IMG/VR virus record: IMGVR_UViG_3300037112_000155
Span: 62,001-123,616 of that record
Length of the DNA stretch: 61,616 bases
DNA from: an uncultured virus (IMG/VR IMGVR_UViG_3300037112_000155)
Taxonomy: Duplodnaviria > Heunggongvirae > Uroviricota > Caudoviricetes
Strand: one strand, 5' to 3'
A program made the translations under genes and the position numbers. Position 1 is the first letter of the stretch; each line of letters opens with the position of its first letter. This document shows positions 9,475 through 18,885 of this stretch, piece after piece. Below the pieces are notes generated by a model. That model saw nothing but the letters and a program-made list of their open reading frames with translations. It did no database searches and had not been told where the DNA came from.

Positions 9475-9729
9475 TCAGAGCTTCTTCAGAAGTTCATCAG
9501 CACACATGCTGATGAACGATTCCGTGCGTTCCGTTACGTTGACGACTTCTCCAGCGATCTTGCGCATGCGCTGGATGATCTGTTCCCGTGCGTCCTTCTT
9601 GCCGTCCTCGACTGTGTACAGCGAGATCTCAAGGGTGGTGACGTCTGGAGGCAGGTTGATGGTGAGTGACTTGCCGTCTACGAGGCGGCGGAGATCAGCA
9701 GGCTTGACCTTGATAGCGGCTGTGCGCAT
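9475..9729 (-). CDS. Hypothetical protein
   Basis: Start overlaps the upstream stop. Confidence 0.65.
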   Translation of the reverse strand: MRTAAIKVKPADLRRLVDGKSLTINLPPDVTTLEISLYTVEDGKKDAREQIIQRMRKIAGEVVNVTERTESFISMCADELLKKL

Positions 9730-9953
9730 CAGTCTGCTGCCGGTGCCGTGACCTGGTTGAGGGTCAGCTCATAGAACTCGCCGACGCGGTAGTCATTGAT
9801 GATCGTCTCCTGGCCTACCAGAACGATCCGGCTGCAGCCCTTGCTGTTGGCGCTCTCGAGGGTTACGGTGCCTACGCGGCCGACCTTCTTGTCGCGGATC
9901 TTGGTCTCGGTGACTGCAAACTGAATGGCTTCTTTCTCTGGCATTGCTCTCAT
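9729..9953 (-). CDS. Hypothetical protein
   Basis: GAGGAG RBS; CTTTGGTA motif upstream. Confidence 0.6.
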   Translation of the reverse strand: MRAMPEKEAIQFAVTETKIRDKKVGRVGTVTLESANSKGCSRIVLVGQETIINDYRVGEFYELTLNQVTAPAAD

Positions 9954-10030
9954 CTCCTCGCCCGGTTTGGGCTGATGTGCTGAGTATGGAAGAGGGCAGG
10001 GGACTACCAAAGCCCCGCGCCCAACAACAG

Positions 10031-10054
10031 GAAAAGCCACCCGAAGGTGGCTTC
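10031..10054 (-). terminator. Rho-independent terminator
   Basis: AAGCCACC-CGAA-GGTGGCTT hairpin with an A-run on the + strand. Confidence 0.65.
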
Positions 10055-10125
10055 CTGTAGCCCGGTAACCCGGGTGGTTGTGCCTCGAAGTCGCTTTGCG
10101 GCGAACCGTTCGAGATGCAATGTCG

Positions 10126-10641
10126 TTACTTCTGCTCCGTAGCGCCTTCCTGCGCGCCTGTCTGGGTGCCTACGCCGAAGCCAGTTCCCTCGGTGATCTT
10201 GCCTGCATCACCGGTTTCGCCTGGTGTCTCCTTGGTCTGGGTCTCGATCGGCTCTTCTGTCTTCTCCTGCGCACCCGCGGCGGCCTCGGCTGCAGCAGCT
10301 GCCTTCTTCTCCTTGGCAGTGGGGGCCTTCACGGCCGGTTTCACGACGGGAGCCGAGCTGGCCTCGGTCACTGTGGCGATCGGCAGATCGACGATGGTGT
10401 TGACGCGCACAGTGCGGATCGAACTCGGCTTCTGCAGGTCGGCCGTGCGATACAGGGTGTGCACGCCGTCGATCACCTTCGAGGACAGGCCGGACTGGGT
10501 GTAGAACGCGAGCACGATCTTCTGTGCATCTTCCTGGTCGTTGGCCAACGCGGCAACTTCGATGTCATTGGCGTCGGACTTGTCGGAGTTCAACATGCCA
10601 TCGGTGATGGTGATGTTCAGCAGGTAGTGATTGAGAATCAT
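10126..10641 (-). CDS. Hypothetical protein with low-complexity Ala/Glu/Thr/Gly tail
   Basis: AGGAG RBS before ATG 10641; CTTTGGTA motif upstream. Confidence 0.7.
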   Translation of the reverse strand: MILNHYLLNITITDGMLNSDKSDANDIEVAALANDQEDAQKIVLAFYTQSGLSSKVIDGVHTLYRTADLQKPSSIRTVRVNTIVDLPIATVTEASSAPVVKPAVKAPTAKEKKAAAAAEAAAGAQEKTEEPIETQTKETPGETGDAGKITEGTGFGVGTQTGAQEGATEQK

Positions 10642-10750
10642 AAGTCTCCTGTTATCTGTGATGTTTCCGATTTGCAAATTGGAAACTGGGTTGGTGGCGC
10701 ACTTCTCAGACTGATCTCTGTTCCTGGACTACCAAAGGCAGTTCAGTTCG

Positions 10751-11170
10751 TCAGAGGGTGAACCCGCGAGCAACTGCGATGTGCATGGCTTCCTGGGTGT
10801 TGGGGTGGTGCTCAATCATCAGGACGGCATCGCCATGAACGCCGTCCGGGTAGAGCAGGCTGTCCGAGTAGGCAACGTGGATCCCCTTGAGAGGGATAGG
10901 CATTGAAAAACCCGTGGGCACGATCAGGGCGAACTCACCCGTGCCTCCGCCGATCTCCAGCTGCTTCATCATGACCACCACGTCGACCATCTGCAGGTGT
11001 TCGCGGTCGTAGGTGTAGCCGATGAGAGGCTGCAGCGGAGCGTTCTTCGCGATCGGGGTGTTCCAAAAGACGATGTAGCCGCATTTGACAGCCAGCTCTA
11101 GTTTCTCGTCCGGGTGGTCGATCAGATCGATGATGGTGGGCAACTTCGGGTACGTCATGCCTTGGCACAT
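10751..11170 (-). CDS. Hypothetical protein
   Basis: AAGGAG RBS. Confidence 0.7.
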   Translation of the reverse strand: MCQGMTYPKLPTIIDLIDHPDEKLELAVKCGYIVFWNTPIAKNAPLQPLIGYTYDREHLQMVDVVVMMKQLEIGGGTGEFALIVPTGFSMPIPLKGIHVAYSDSLLYPDGVHGDAVLMIEHHPNTQEAMHIAVARGFTL

Positions 11171-11183
11171 GGTGAAACTCCTT

Positions 11184-11342
11184 CTAGTACGTGACTGCTG
11201 AAACCAAAACTGCAGAGGCCATCCAGTAGATGGCGTGGCGCCAGTCCGCCTGGAGGGCGTACCGGCAGGATGCTGCCACCGACAGCGCCACCATGACGGT
11301 GGGCAGGAACTTCGGACTGCGGATGAGATCAGAGAAGGTCAT
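11184..11342 (-). CDS. 52-aa membrane protein (below ORF-track cutoff)
   Basis: Translated by hand: MTFSDLIRSPKFLPTVMVALSVAASCRYALQADWRHAIYWMASAVLVSAVTY; fills the gap exactly. Confidence 0.65.
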   Translation of the reverse strand: MTFSDLIRSPKFLPTVMVALSVAASCRYALQADWRHAIYWMASAVLVSAVTY

Positions 11343-11671
11343 CAGCACCCCGTCAGGCAAGCACTCGGTTCAAAGAGACGAAGCCAACCTGCCCGAAGGC
11401 GCTGCCACAGGGTTGCCGGCATCGTCTTCTCGTAGACCTGGATCATCAGTCCGTCTGTACCCAGGGAGGTGAGGTCGAAGAGCAGACGATGGGTTTCAAC
11501 GAAGATTTCATCGGAGATCGCCACGTATTTGCCGTCGATCTGCATGACCGGACTGCTGACGATGACGCCATCGGCGTGGTACACGCCGAACTTGCCCGGT
11601 GCGTAGGTGTCCCGCAGTTTGTACTTCGCCGAGCTGGTGCTGATGGGATCGTGCTTGATTGCTTTGCTCAT
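11342..11671 (-). CDS. Hypothetical protein
   Basis: First gene of the leftward block; CTTTGGTA motif 29 nt upstream. Confidence 0.65.
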   Translation of the reverse strand: MSKAIKHDPISTSSAKYKLRDTYAPGKFGVYHADGVIVSSPVMQIDGKYVAISDEIFVETHRLLFDLTSLGTDGLMIQVYEKTMPATLWQRLRAGWLRLFEPSACLTGC

Positions 11672-11950
11672 AGCTCGAGTGTCCAGGAGGGCGCTCGACT
11701 ACCAAAGGCCCACACGCGAGGCCTTTTCTGTTTGCATCCTGGACAGCTTTTGAGCGATGGCTGGCATGCGGCGATTACGTGGGGTATTCACCGCACGCTG
11801 AGTGGGAAAGGTCCCTTGAGCCATCACGAGGGGCGGACAGGTCTGGGGATAGAGACACCAGGTAATCAGTGGTACTGAGTGACCCTCGACTTAGGTTCGA
11901 GCCCACCCGGTCCTAATCAATAACCCCAACCCGTACAAAGGAGAACCACC

Positions 11951-12475
11951 ATGGCAGTTTCCATCAAGGCAGCAACCGCGACCGTCAACTCAACTTCCAA
12001 GAAGTCCACCAAGGCAACCAAGGAGAACACCGTGACCATGACAGCAGAGCAGCTCCAGACCATCATCGCAGCAGCAATCGCCCAGGCAACCACTCAGGTT
12101 GCCGCAACCGCACCGGTGGCAGCACCCATCGCCACCAAGCAGACCCTGGACCAGGCCATCAGCGGCAGCGTCAGCAACCGCTTCATCAACTGGACAGGCA
12201 GCATCATCAAGACCGCTGCAGAGAAGACCGCTCCGGTCGTCGGCAAAGTGGAAGTGCTGGCCGTGCCAGTCACCCTCCACGCCACCGGCTACATGCTGTC
12301 GAAGTCCGCATCCATCGGCGAGAGCATCAGCGGCAAGCTCAGCAAGTGGGGCAAGGCCACGTCCGCAGCATCCATCGCCCGCACCCCTGGTGTGGAGATG
12401 ACCAACCTCGAAGCGCAGCTCAACGGCATGTCCAAGGCTGACCTGATCGCATTGATCGCTCAGTCCGCCAAGTAG
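11951..12475 (+). CDS. Ala/Thr-rich hypothetical protein, first gene of the rightward block
   Basis: AAGGAG RBS; strongly biased codons. Confidence 0.8.
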   Translation: MAVSIKAATATVNSTSKKSTKATKENTVTMTAEQLQTIIAAAIAQATTQVAATAPVAAPIATKQTLDQAISGSVSNRFINWTGSIIKTAAEKTAPVVGKVEVLAVPVTLHATGYMLSKSASIGESISGKLSKWGKATSAASIARTPGVEMTNLEAQLNGMSKADLIALIAQSAK

Positions 12476-12562
12476 TCTGACCAACAGTCTGTTCGTCAAC
12501 CTCACTCTAACTGCCCACAGGTCACCACGACTGTGGGCTTTCTCTTGAAAGGAGAAAGCACC

Positions 12563-12745
12563 ATGTTGATCGCATTCTTCATCGTTTGTTTCCTCGTCGT
12601 TAGCGCACTCCTTCTGTATGTGTACCCAGCCGATAAGCCAGCTACGCCTGTCGAGTCGAACGTCGCATACGCCGCACGCCTTCAGAAGCAGAAGGAAGAC
12701 CACGAGGCGTGGGTACGCAATGTCAACTTCCCGTGGCAGGGGTAA
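12563..12745 (+). CDS. Small N-anchored membrane protein
   Basis: AAGGAG RBS; hydrophobic N-terminus. Confidence 0.7.
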   Translation: MLIAFFIVCFLVVSALLLYVYPADKPATPVESNVAYAARLQKQKEDHEAWVRNVNFPWQG

Positions 12746-12843
12746 GCGCACAGCCCTGCTCCCCCAACTCACAACCACAACTCGCCAGTTACCCGACTGG
12801 CATAGCCGTTCAGATCGTGGAGATCTGGACAAAGGAGAACCAC

Positions 12844-15800
12844 ATGTCTCAGAGAACCGTAGCAGCTCGTGACCCCAAGACTGGTCGCTTCATCGCCCGT
12901 ACCGTTGCCAACGAAGTGGTTGCAGCGTCACCGATCGCTTCAGAGAGCTTTGGAGCGGCCGCAGTCGCAGTCGCAGAAGCCGTTACCCCAACCGAACCCA
13001 CCAGCAAGCTGGCATTCCAGCTGGTGCTGAGCGCCGTATCCCACGGTGCTGAGGGTGAGGTCAACCTGAAGGAGATCACGCGCCGTATCCGCAAGGAAGG
13101 CGCATCCTTCGACTCGAAGACTGCCATCGATGACAGCGAGACCCGTCAGGCTCTCGACGACCTCCTGGCAGAAGGCGTCACCTACGGCTTCGTCAGCTTC
13201 GAAGCATCCGGCAAGAACGCCACCAAGCACATGGCCAACAAGGCCTGGTCGCTGGTGCGCTCCGGCTGGACCGACAAGCAGACGGGCATTCGCTACGTCC
13301 CCATCTACGGCAACGTGATCGATGAGGGCACCGCTCTCTTCGTATCCGACAACTGCAAGGCACGCAGCTTCAAGGATCTGGGTATCTGGGTATCCAGTGA
13401 CGCGAAGGCAGCCAAGCGGTTGCGTCGCTTCCTGGCACCGCATCAGTCCTCGATGCGGGGTCACATCATTGACCGTACGATCGTTCCCGAAGGCACCGCC
13501 TACGAGATCGAGCTGGACAACGGCCGGGTTATCCGCATTCTCGATGCAGACATGACCCGTTTCAACGCAGCTGAAACCGCCACCATCGATGGGATGGGTA
13601 TCTCCAACATCCCCGGGTACTTCAACAAGGCGCTTACCCTCGTCGGCGAGTTCGGCGGAGGCAAGGGCATTTACTGGAAGATGCCGCACATGCGCAGCTA
13701 CGACCTCTATCTCTTCGGTTCGAAGAAGGAGGTTCGCTTCGTGGATGACCGCGTCTTCCTGGGTGCACTCTCGGATGCCGAGGAGCATGACCTCACCCTG
13801 GATAACCAGACCATGGGCAACATGGGCCTGGGTGCCAAGGGCTTAGCAGCCACCACCGGTATCAAGTATATGGACCGTGCGGCGGCAATCCTGTTCGGCA
13901 GCGACGAAGGCAAGCTGCTCGATGAGATCAGCGCATTCGTCAACTCGTGCAACGATGAGAGCGAGAACCGCTGGGCTCTGGTCCGTATGGCAGAGGACGG
14001 GATCGGAACCAAGGCTATGCCGGTGGGCTTCCGTCGCGTCACTCGTCACCTGTTCGACAACATCCTCGACTTGCGTCGGGGTCGTGTGCCCATGCCGCAT
14101 GAGTGGGCGCGTCGTGTCTACGTTGCCCCACCACCGACCGTATTCGTCGACGATGAGCGCATCGTGGATCTCACCCTGTCCCAAGTTCCGGATCACGTCC
14201 TGGCACGTGCCAAGAAGTGTTCGGATCGCTTGGGTATCCCTGTCTTCGTCAACTGCATGCCGGACGCACCGGACGGTGTGTTGGTGACGGCAGGTCGCAA
14301 TCCCAATGCCTGCAGCGCAGAAGCATTGGTATTTCTCAACTACATTCCGGCAGAGCTGAAGAAGTACAAGGGCCAAGGCCGTTGCTTCCTGCTCGAACGG
14401 ATTGCTGAACAGTTGAGCTACCTCAATGGTGGCGATATGGATGACTCGATCTGGGTCTTCTGGAACTCGGTGTACGTACTCCGCGTTGCAGCCAAGATCC
14501 GGGAGTATCCCAAGCAGCCGAAGCTCTCCGTTGAGGAGAAGAAGGACAGCCACTGGGCCGCACGCAACCGCCTCACTCATGAGGGTATCGGGGACGAGTG
14601 GAACTGGAACTGCTTCCGTCGGGACCTCAAGCACTTCACGCAGTATCGTGAGAGCTTGGGTACCTTCATCAACCGCCTCACGCTCGACAACATGCTGTCG
14701 GGCGACAACGTGGTCGTGATCCTGGACTCCCTCATCAACGGCACATACATCGTGCCGAAGGGCTTCCATGCCATGTCGTTGGAAGACGTCAAGATCAACA
14801 CCCCGGAGTGGTTCTGGGAATTCATCCCCGTGGACTACAAGCCGGAGGTGGAGGACTTCGTCCAGCTGTGCATCACGTTCATGAAGGTGCGCCAGCCCTT
14901 CCTGTGCAAGCGCGCAGCGAGCAACTCGGACATGGTCATCGACTACCTGCAGCAGGGTAAGGGCAACAAGAAGATGGTGACCGAACTGTGCCAGGAGGCC
15001 AAGCTGTCGGAGAAGACTCTCATCTTCCCGGCATCCTACGTCCGCCAGGGCCGTGCACCCAAGGACCGGATCGAAGCAGGCAACTACCTGCTGGTCCGCA
15101 CCGAGGTCTGCGCGGCACTGGAAGAGCTGAAGGACCACTATGAGGGAATCATGGAGGAATCCCGTCAGCTCGAGCACAGCTTCAAGAAGCCTCTGCCCCT
15201 GCAGTTGCTCATGGCCTATCCCGGCAGCGATGTCATTACCGACGTCGTCAAAGCGTTGCGCGTCTGGTGGCGTGCGCAGTTCGAAGCAGCCAAGTCCCTC
15301 ACGGGCGAGCTGTCTGAGGATGCGTATGACAACATCGCCAATGGCTGGGATGAGCCGATCGATGTGAAGGATGCCGAAGGCCGTATCGTGAGCAGCACCA
15401 CACTGCATCACCTCGGTCTCAGGGACTTCTACCTCAACCAGTTCACCTCCGAAGGGGAGGGCGTCAAGCTCTCCATCAGCGGCGGCGCCTGGTCGCCTGA
15501 AGTGCGTCGCTCGATCGCAGTCGAGTGGCTCAACAAGGTGTACTCGATGGAGTCCGAGGCCCTGGTGTCCGAGGACGGCAAGACCATCAGCGTAGGTGAC
15601 GGCGTCCCCAACTGGATGCTCAACGAGCTGATGGACTGCATGGAGGAACTGGGCCTGACCGGTCAGGTCGCGTTCATCCACCTCAAGTACAAGGTGAAGG
15701 AGATGCTCAAGGGCACCTCCGTCCATCGCCTGGTACGCGCAACCAATGGCCACGTGCATGATGTGGACAACGACTCGCAGCTGTCAGTAACTGCTCATCC

Positions 15801-15942
15801 GACATTGCCGGATGGCTATTACTCGATGTCTGCCGGCGGCGTCATCGTCATCGCCGAGGCCATCCCTGAACTCCGCTCCGACTTCAAGGCCAACCTGGCC
15901 GAAGCAGTCTCAGCCGGAGAACTCGCCGACGTAGTGTTCTAA
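12844..15942 (+). CDS. Single-subunit two-barrel RNA polymerase, eukaryotic RdRP/YonO-like, with variant DxDD active site
   Basis: Ordered motifs DGMGIS, GGKG, LDNQ, GRNP, GGDMDD.IWVFW, LGTFIN, VID..QG; AAGGAG RBS. Confidence 0.8.
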   Translation: MSQRTVAARDPKTGRFIARTVANEVVAASPIASESFGAAAVAVAEAVTPTEPTSKLAFQLVLSAVSHGAEGEVNLKEITRRIRKEGASFDSKTAIDDSETRQALDDLLAEGVTYGFVSFEASGKNATKHMANKAWSLVRSGWTDKQTGIRYVPIYGNVIDEGTALFVSDNCKARSFKDLGIWVSSDAKAAKRLRRFLAPHQSSMRGHIIDRTIVPEGTAYEIELDNGRVIRILDADMTRFNAAETATIDGMGISNIPGYFNKALTLVGEFGGGKGIYWKMPHMRSYDLYLFGSKKEVRFVDDRVFLGALSDAEEHDLTLDNQTMGNMGLGAKGLAATTGIKYMDRAAAILFGSDEGKLLDEISAFVNSCNDESENRWALVRMAEDGIGTKAMPVGFRRVTRHLFDNILDLRRGRVPMPHEWARRVYVAPPPTVFVDDERIVDLTLSQVPDHVLARAKKCSDRLGIPVFVNCMPDAPDGVLVTAGRNPNACSAEALVFLNYIPAELKKYKGQGRCFLLERIAEQLSYLNGGDMDDSIWVFWNSVYVLRVAAKIREYPKQPKLSVEEKKDSHWAARNRLTHEGIGDEWNWNCFRRDLKHFTQYRESLGTFINRLTLDNMLSGDNVVVILDSLINGTYIVPKGFHAMSLEDVKINTPEWFWEFIPVDYKPEVEDFVQLCITFMKVRQPFLCKRAASNSDMVIDYLQQGKGNKKMVTELCQEAKLSEKTLIFPASYVRQGRAPKDRIEAGNYLLVRTEVCAALEELKDHYEGIMEESRQLEHSFKKPLPLQLLMAYPGSDVITDVVKALRVWWRAQFEAAKSLTGELSEDAYDNIANGWDEPIDVKDAEGRIVSSTTLHHLGLRDFYLNQFTSEGEGVKLSISGGAWSPEVRRSIAVEWLNKVYSMESEALVSEDGKTISVGDGVPNWMLNELMDCMEELGLTGQVAFIHLKYKVKEMLKGTSVHRLVRATNGHVHDVDNDSQLSVTAHPTLPDGYYSMSAGGVIVIAEAIPELRSDFKANLAEAVSAGELADVVF

Positions 15943-15959
15943 TCGCAACCTGATTCAAG

Positions 15960-16175
15960 GGCAGAGCAGTACGCTCTGCCTCAGCTGCAGGACAATCCTG
16001 TGGCTGAGGGAGCGCATACCGCTCCAAGCGCAGTGTCTGTGACAGTAGCGCTGGGCGTTGACCGGGGAAACCTGGGCGTCCAACGTGAACTCACAGGTCG
16101 CACTGACATGTAGTCGCCACCCCTCCGGGGGTCGCTCCTCCGCCAGACTGTCGCATCCGCATGGGGCGGATGCCG
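15960..16175 (+). ncRNA. Candidate structured RNA downstream of the RNAP gene
   Basis: Abutting hairpins at 15960-15980, 15981-16007 (with G-U pairs) and 16009-16025, plus more stems in a ~590-nt gene-free gap. Confidence 0.45.
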
Positions 16176-16537
16176 AGAGGCGGGCTCTTTTGGAGCATGC
16201 TCAGCTATGCAGTAGTGCTAGCGCAGCAGGCATTCAGAGCCCACTCCACAGGATCACAGCATAACCATAGCCAGATCAGCAGGTTAGCCTGCTTAGCAGA
16301 GCTTTGGAGCGCGCGCACGCGTGAGGTTCCTGATCTCTGATAGGACGGAGAGACCTGGTCTGTGTCCATAAAGGCAGTGCAAGCCCAATTACAGCTATCA
16401 CATGCATGGTGTAAGACAACCTGCAGATAGTCAGATGTGGCTCAAGTGCCTATCTATATATAGTCAGGCACTCACCTAAGGGCTTTCCCCTATGGGCTGT
16501 ACTCACAGTCCCCACTCAAGCTTTGAACGGAGGCAGT

Positions 16538-16810
16538 ATGAATCACGCTCAGAAGCAGCGTCGTATCGATTCCCTTGTGGGTACCGAGCCCACCAACGAG
16601 CAGCTGGGTATACCTGAGTCTGTGACTCAAGTACCAGCAAGACCTGGGACTCTCCCGATGATCGAGCGTTGTATCAATGCTCAGGTCTGTCGTGAGCGTA
16701 ACGATGAGCTTCAGCTCGAGGTATACCGAACCGGTTGTGACGGTGAGGTGTCCTATGCCTTTGTCTCTGAGAAGGACATTGTTGAGTTCTTGAATCAACG
16801 TGGTCTTTGA
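16538..16810 (+). CDS. Hypothetical protein
   Basis: GGAGG RBS. Confidence 0.65.
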   Translation: MNHAQKQRRIDSLVGTEPTNEQLGIPESVTQVPARPGTLPMIERCINAQVCRERNDELQLEVYRTGCDGEVSYAFVSEKDIVEFLNQRGL

Positions 16811-16861
16811 TCTCTATTACGCCGCCGAACTTTTGCGTTTACACCCTTGAAAGGAGGGACT

Positions 16862-17149
16862 ATGTACCGCACCCCAACCGAAGAGCACATGCTCTGCGTT
16901 AGCAGGGCCATCAAGTCGATGGCCAAGACCCGTGGTGAGCTGTACTTCGAGGAAGCTCTGAAGTATGAAGCGCTTGGAGATTATCTCAACGCTCAGGCCA
17001 CCGCTGTTGAAGGACTCAGGCTGTGCATGGGCCCCTTCTATCTCGCTGTCCGGGATCAGCTGCAGGATCTTCTTGATCGTGTCAAGCCCTGGACTGCCTT
17101 CGTGATTACGCAGTACGGCGTTCAAGCCGTACAGTGTGCCCACGCCTAA
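16862..17149 (+). CDS. Hypothetical protein
   Basis: AAGGAGG RBS. Confidence 0.7.
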   Translation: MYRTPTEEHMLCVSRAIKSMAKTRGELYFEEALKYEALGDYLNAQATAVEGLRLCMGPFYLAVRDQLQDLLDRVKPWTAFVITQYGVQAVQCAHA

Positions 17150-17355
17150 GAGTTTCACCCGATGGGTTTCTCTACCCCCATCCTCCAACCTTTCTACTGA
17201 TTCTCCACGTAGCAAACCCTGGGTGTATCTCTGACGCCCGCGGTCGCACCACTGCAGGCCCTGTCGGGTACAGGGCCGCAAGTTTCGAGCGTTGAGCCTG
17301 GCTCCGCTCACTGCACCACCGTTTGTTTCAACACCCTGCAACAAGGAGAGCATCC

Positions 17356-17778
17356 ATGCTCGGTTCAATTCACCTCTCTCGGTCGGAAGCGCCTTTCGCT
17401 CCGGCCGGTGCGCCCTCGCACTTCGACCTCACAGTCGAGGGTCTCGACGAGCCCCAAGCTCGTTCCACCATGGCGTTCGCTCAGAACCTCATGCTCGGCT
17501 TTCCCACTCCTCCGCCTGCCGTCTTTCCCGGCAATCCGCTGGAAGCGCTGACCTCGGATGCGCAGAAGAGCCTGGCCATCTTCATCCAGACCTTCGACAG
17601 TATGCGGCATAACAAGATCGTGGCTATCAAGCACGTTCGCCGGATCGTTCCGACAGCCTCGCTTCGAGAGGCCAAGGAGTTCGTGGACTATGCCATCACC
17701 TGCCGCTTCGGTGGTTCATTCCATGAGGAATTCCTCAGCGCGGACAGTACGATCCGTCCCCACTGGGTTCGGTTCTAG
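17356..17778 (+). CDS. Protein with ribosomal L7/L12 C-terminal-like domain
   Basis: NKIVAIKHVRRI...SLREAKEFVD matches the bL12 CTD pattern KI.AIK..R....L.EAK..V. Confidence 0.75.
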   Translation: MLGSIHLSRSEAPFAPAGAPSHFDLTVEGLDEPQARSTMAFAQNLMLGFPTPPPAVFPGNPLEALTSDAQKSLAIFIQTFDSMRHNKIVAIKHVRRIVPTASLREAKEFVDYAITCRFGGSFHEEFLSADSTIRPHWVRF

Positions 17779-17968
17779 TGGCCACCGCGGCATTCATGTC
17801 GCCTGCTGGTGAGCTGGCCGTCCTCTGTGGCGGCCGGCTTCATCGCTACGTTGGCTCAATCGAAGAGCTGATCAACGACTTCCCCGACATCCCGGTCCTG
17901 CCTTGGCAGAGCCGGTAGTTTCAATCCTGTAACGCCCACCCACAATTCAACGCTTCAAGGAGACCGCC

Positions 17969-18163
17969 ATGGCAGCTGTTCGTCATGCAGTTACGCCCCG
18001 TTGCGCCACCGCAGGTTTTGCGCGGCGGCTTGAGACCAGTCAGCGCACCATGCTGGCTGGCTGTATGCCAACCTCGTTCCGTCGTGAGTACGGAACGGAC
18101 TACACAGGCCCCAAGCCTGTCGTGGTCAATCCGGTGCGCTCCACGCCGCCGGCCAAGCTGTAA
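17969..18163 (+). CDS. Hypothetical protein
   Basis: AAGGAG RBS. Confidence 0.55.
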   Translation: MAAVRHAVTPRCATAGFARRLETSQRTMLAGCMPTSFRREYGTDYTGPKPVVVNPVRSTPPAKL

Positions 18164-18498
18164 GGCTTCGAGGGGTGAGCCAATCACCCCGACCCTTTCC
18201 ACCTGCAATGAGGGCGAGATATGTCCCTCGAATCTTGACTAGCGACAGCGCTGCCCAGGCGGCCGTCATAACCCGGACTTGAGCCGGTTCTTGTGGCGGG
18301 ACTACCGACCTGGTACGGCACGGCAAGATGTCAGATTCAGCATGTGAAGCGGCTACATACGCAATCCCTCTCCGGACATTACGGAGCCCTTCGGGGCTGG
18401 CCGACTGTCTTACGAGGCCTAGTGTTGACGCCGCATAGTTCTGAGTGTTGAGCCTTGCTCCACTCACCTGATGTTGTTTATCCCACGGAGGTAGTTCC

Positions 18499-18750
18499 AT
18501 GCTCAATGTTGCCACCCTCAACCCCGATGGCCGTCAGCTGATTCGTGACGGCTTTGTCCACAACCTTGCGGCGGCTACCACCGATGTTGGTCGCAACACC
18601 GTGGTTCGTTCGGCGCACACCGCGCTGCCAGGCTTGGCTCCCAAGCTGCAGCACACCCTCAAGACCATGCCCTTCACGCGCGCTTTCGACGCGGCGGTCT
18701 CCGAGGTGCTGTTCGGCAAGCCGCAGAAGCGGCAGGCCAAGCGGCGCTAA
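18499..18750 (+). CDS. Hypothetical protein
   Basis: GGAGG RBS. Confidence 0.65.
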   Translation: MLNVATLNPDGRQLIRDGFVHNLAAATTDVGRNTVVRSAHTALPGLAPKLQHTLKTMPFTRAFDAAVSEVLFGKPQKRQAKRR

Positions 18751-18885
18751 GTTTTCCAGCGCACTCAGTGTGCTGGAGCGCCGGGATGGGTCCATTCTCC
18801 TTCCTGTCCCGGCGTCGGGTCTCTAAGTGTTTCACCCTATCCCGTTTCAGATTCATCGGTTGTCAAATCCAAGCTGGAGCAGTCC

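Larger units (their letters stand above)
3827..11707 (-). promoter_or_regulatory. Repeated motif CTTTGGTA (consensus SCTTTGGTAGWC), candidate phage-specific promoter
   Basis: Minus-strand copies at 3827, 5196, 6574, 7801, 10005, 10730, 11700, each just upstream of a leftward gene; + strand copies at 21590 and 56419. Confidence 0.75.

Noticed and set aside
11820..11915. GGTTCGAGCC T-loop-like sequence and CTGAGTGA hammerhead-like core in the divergence region
   Set aside because: No pairing T stem or cloverleaf, and no correctly placed GAAA for a hammerhead
12709..12843. N-terminal extension of the RNAP ORF given in the ORF track
   Set aside because: The ATG at 12844 has a strong AAGGAG RBS, and the extension overlaps the upstream gene
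13843..15759. 638-aa minus-strand ORF and similar long antisense ORFs (30438-31496, 34392-36005, 38804-40078, 6362-7510)
   Set aside because: Shadow frames of GC-rich, codon-biased genes on the opposite strand; no motifs
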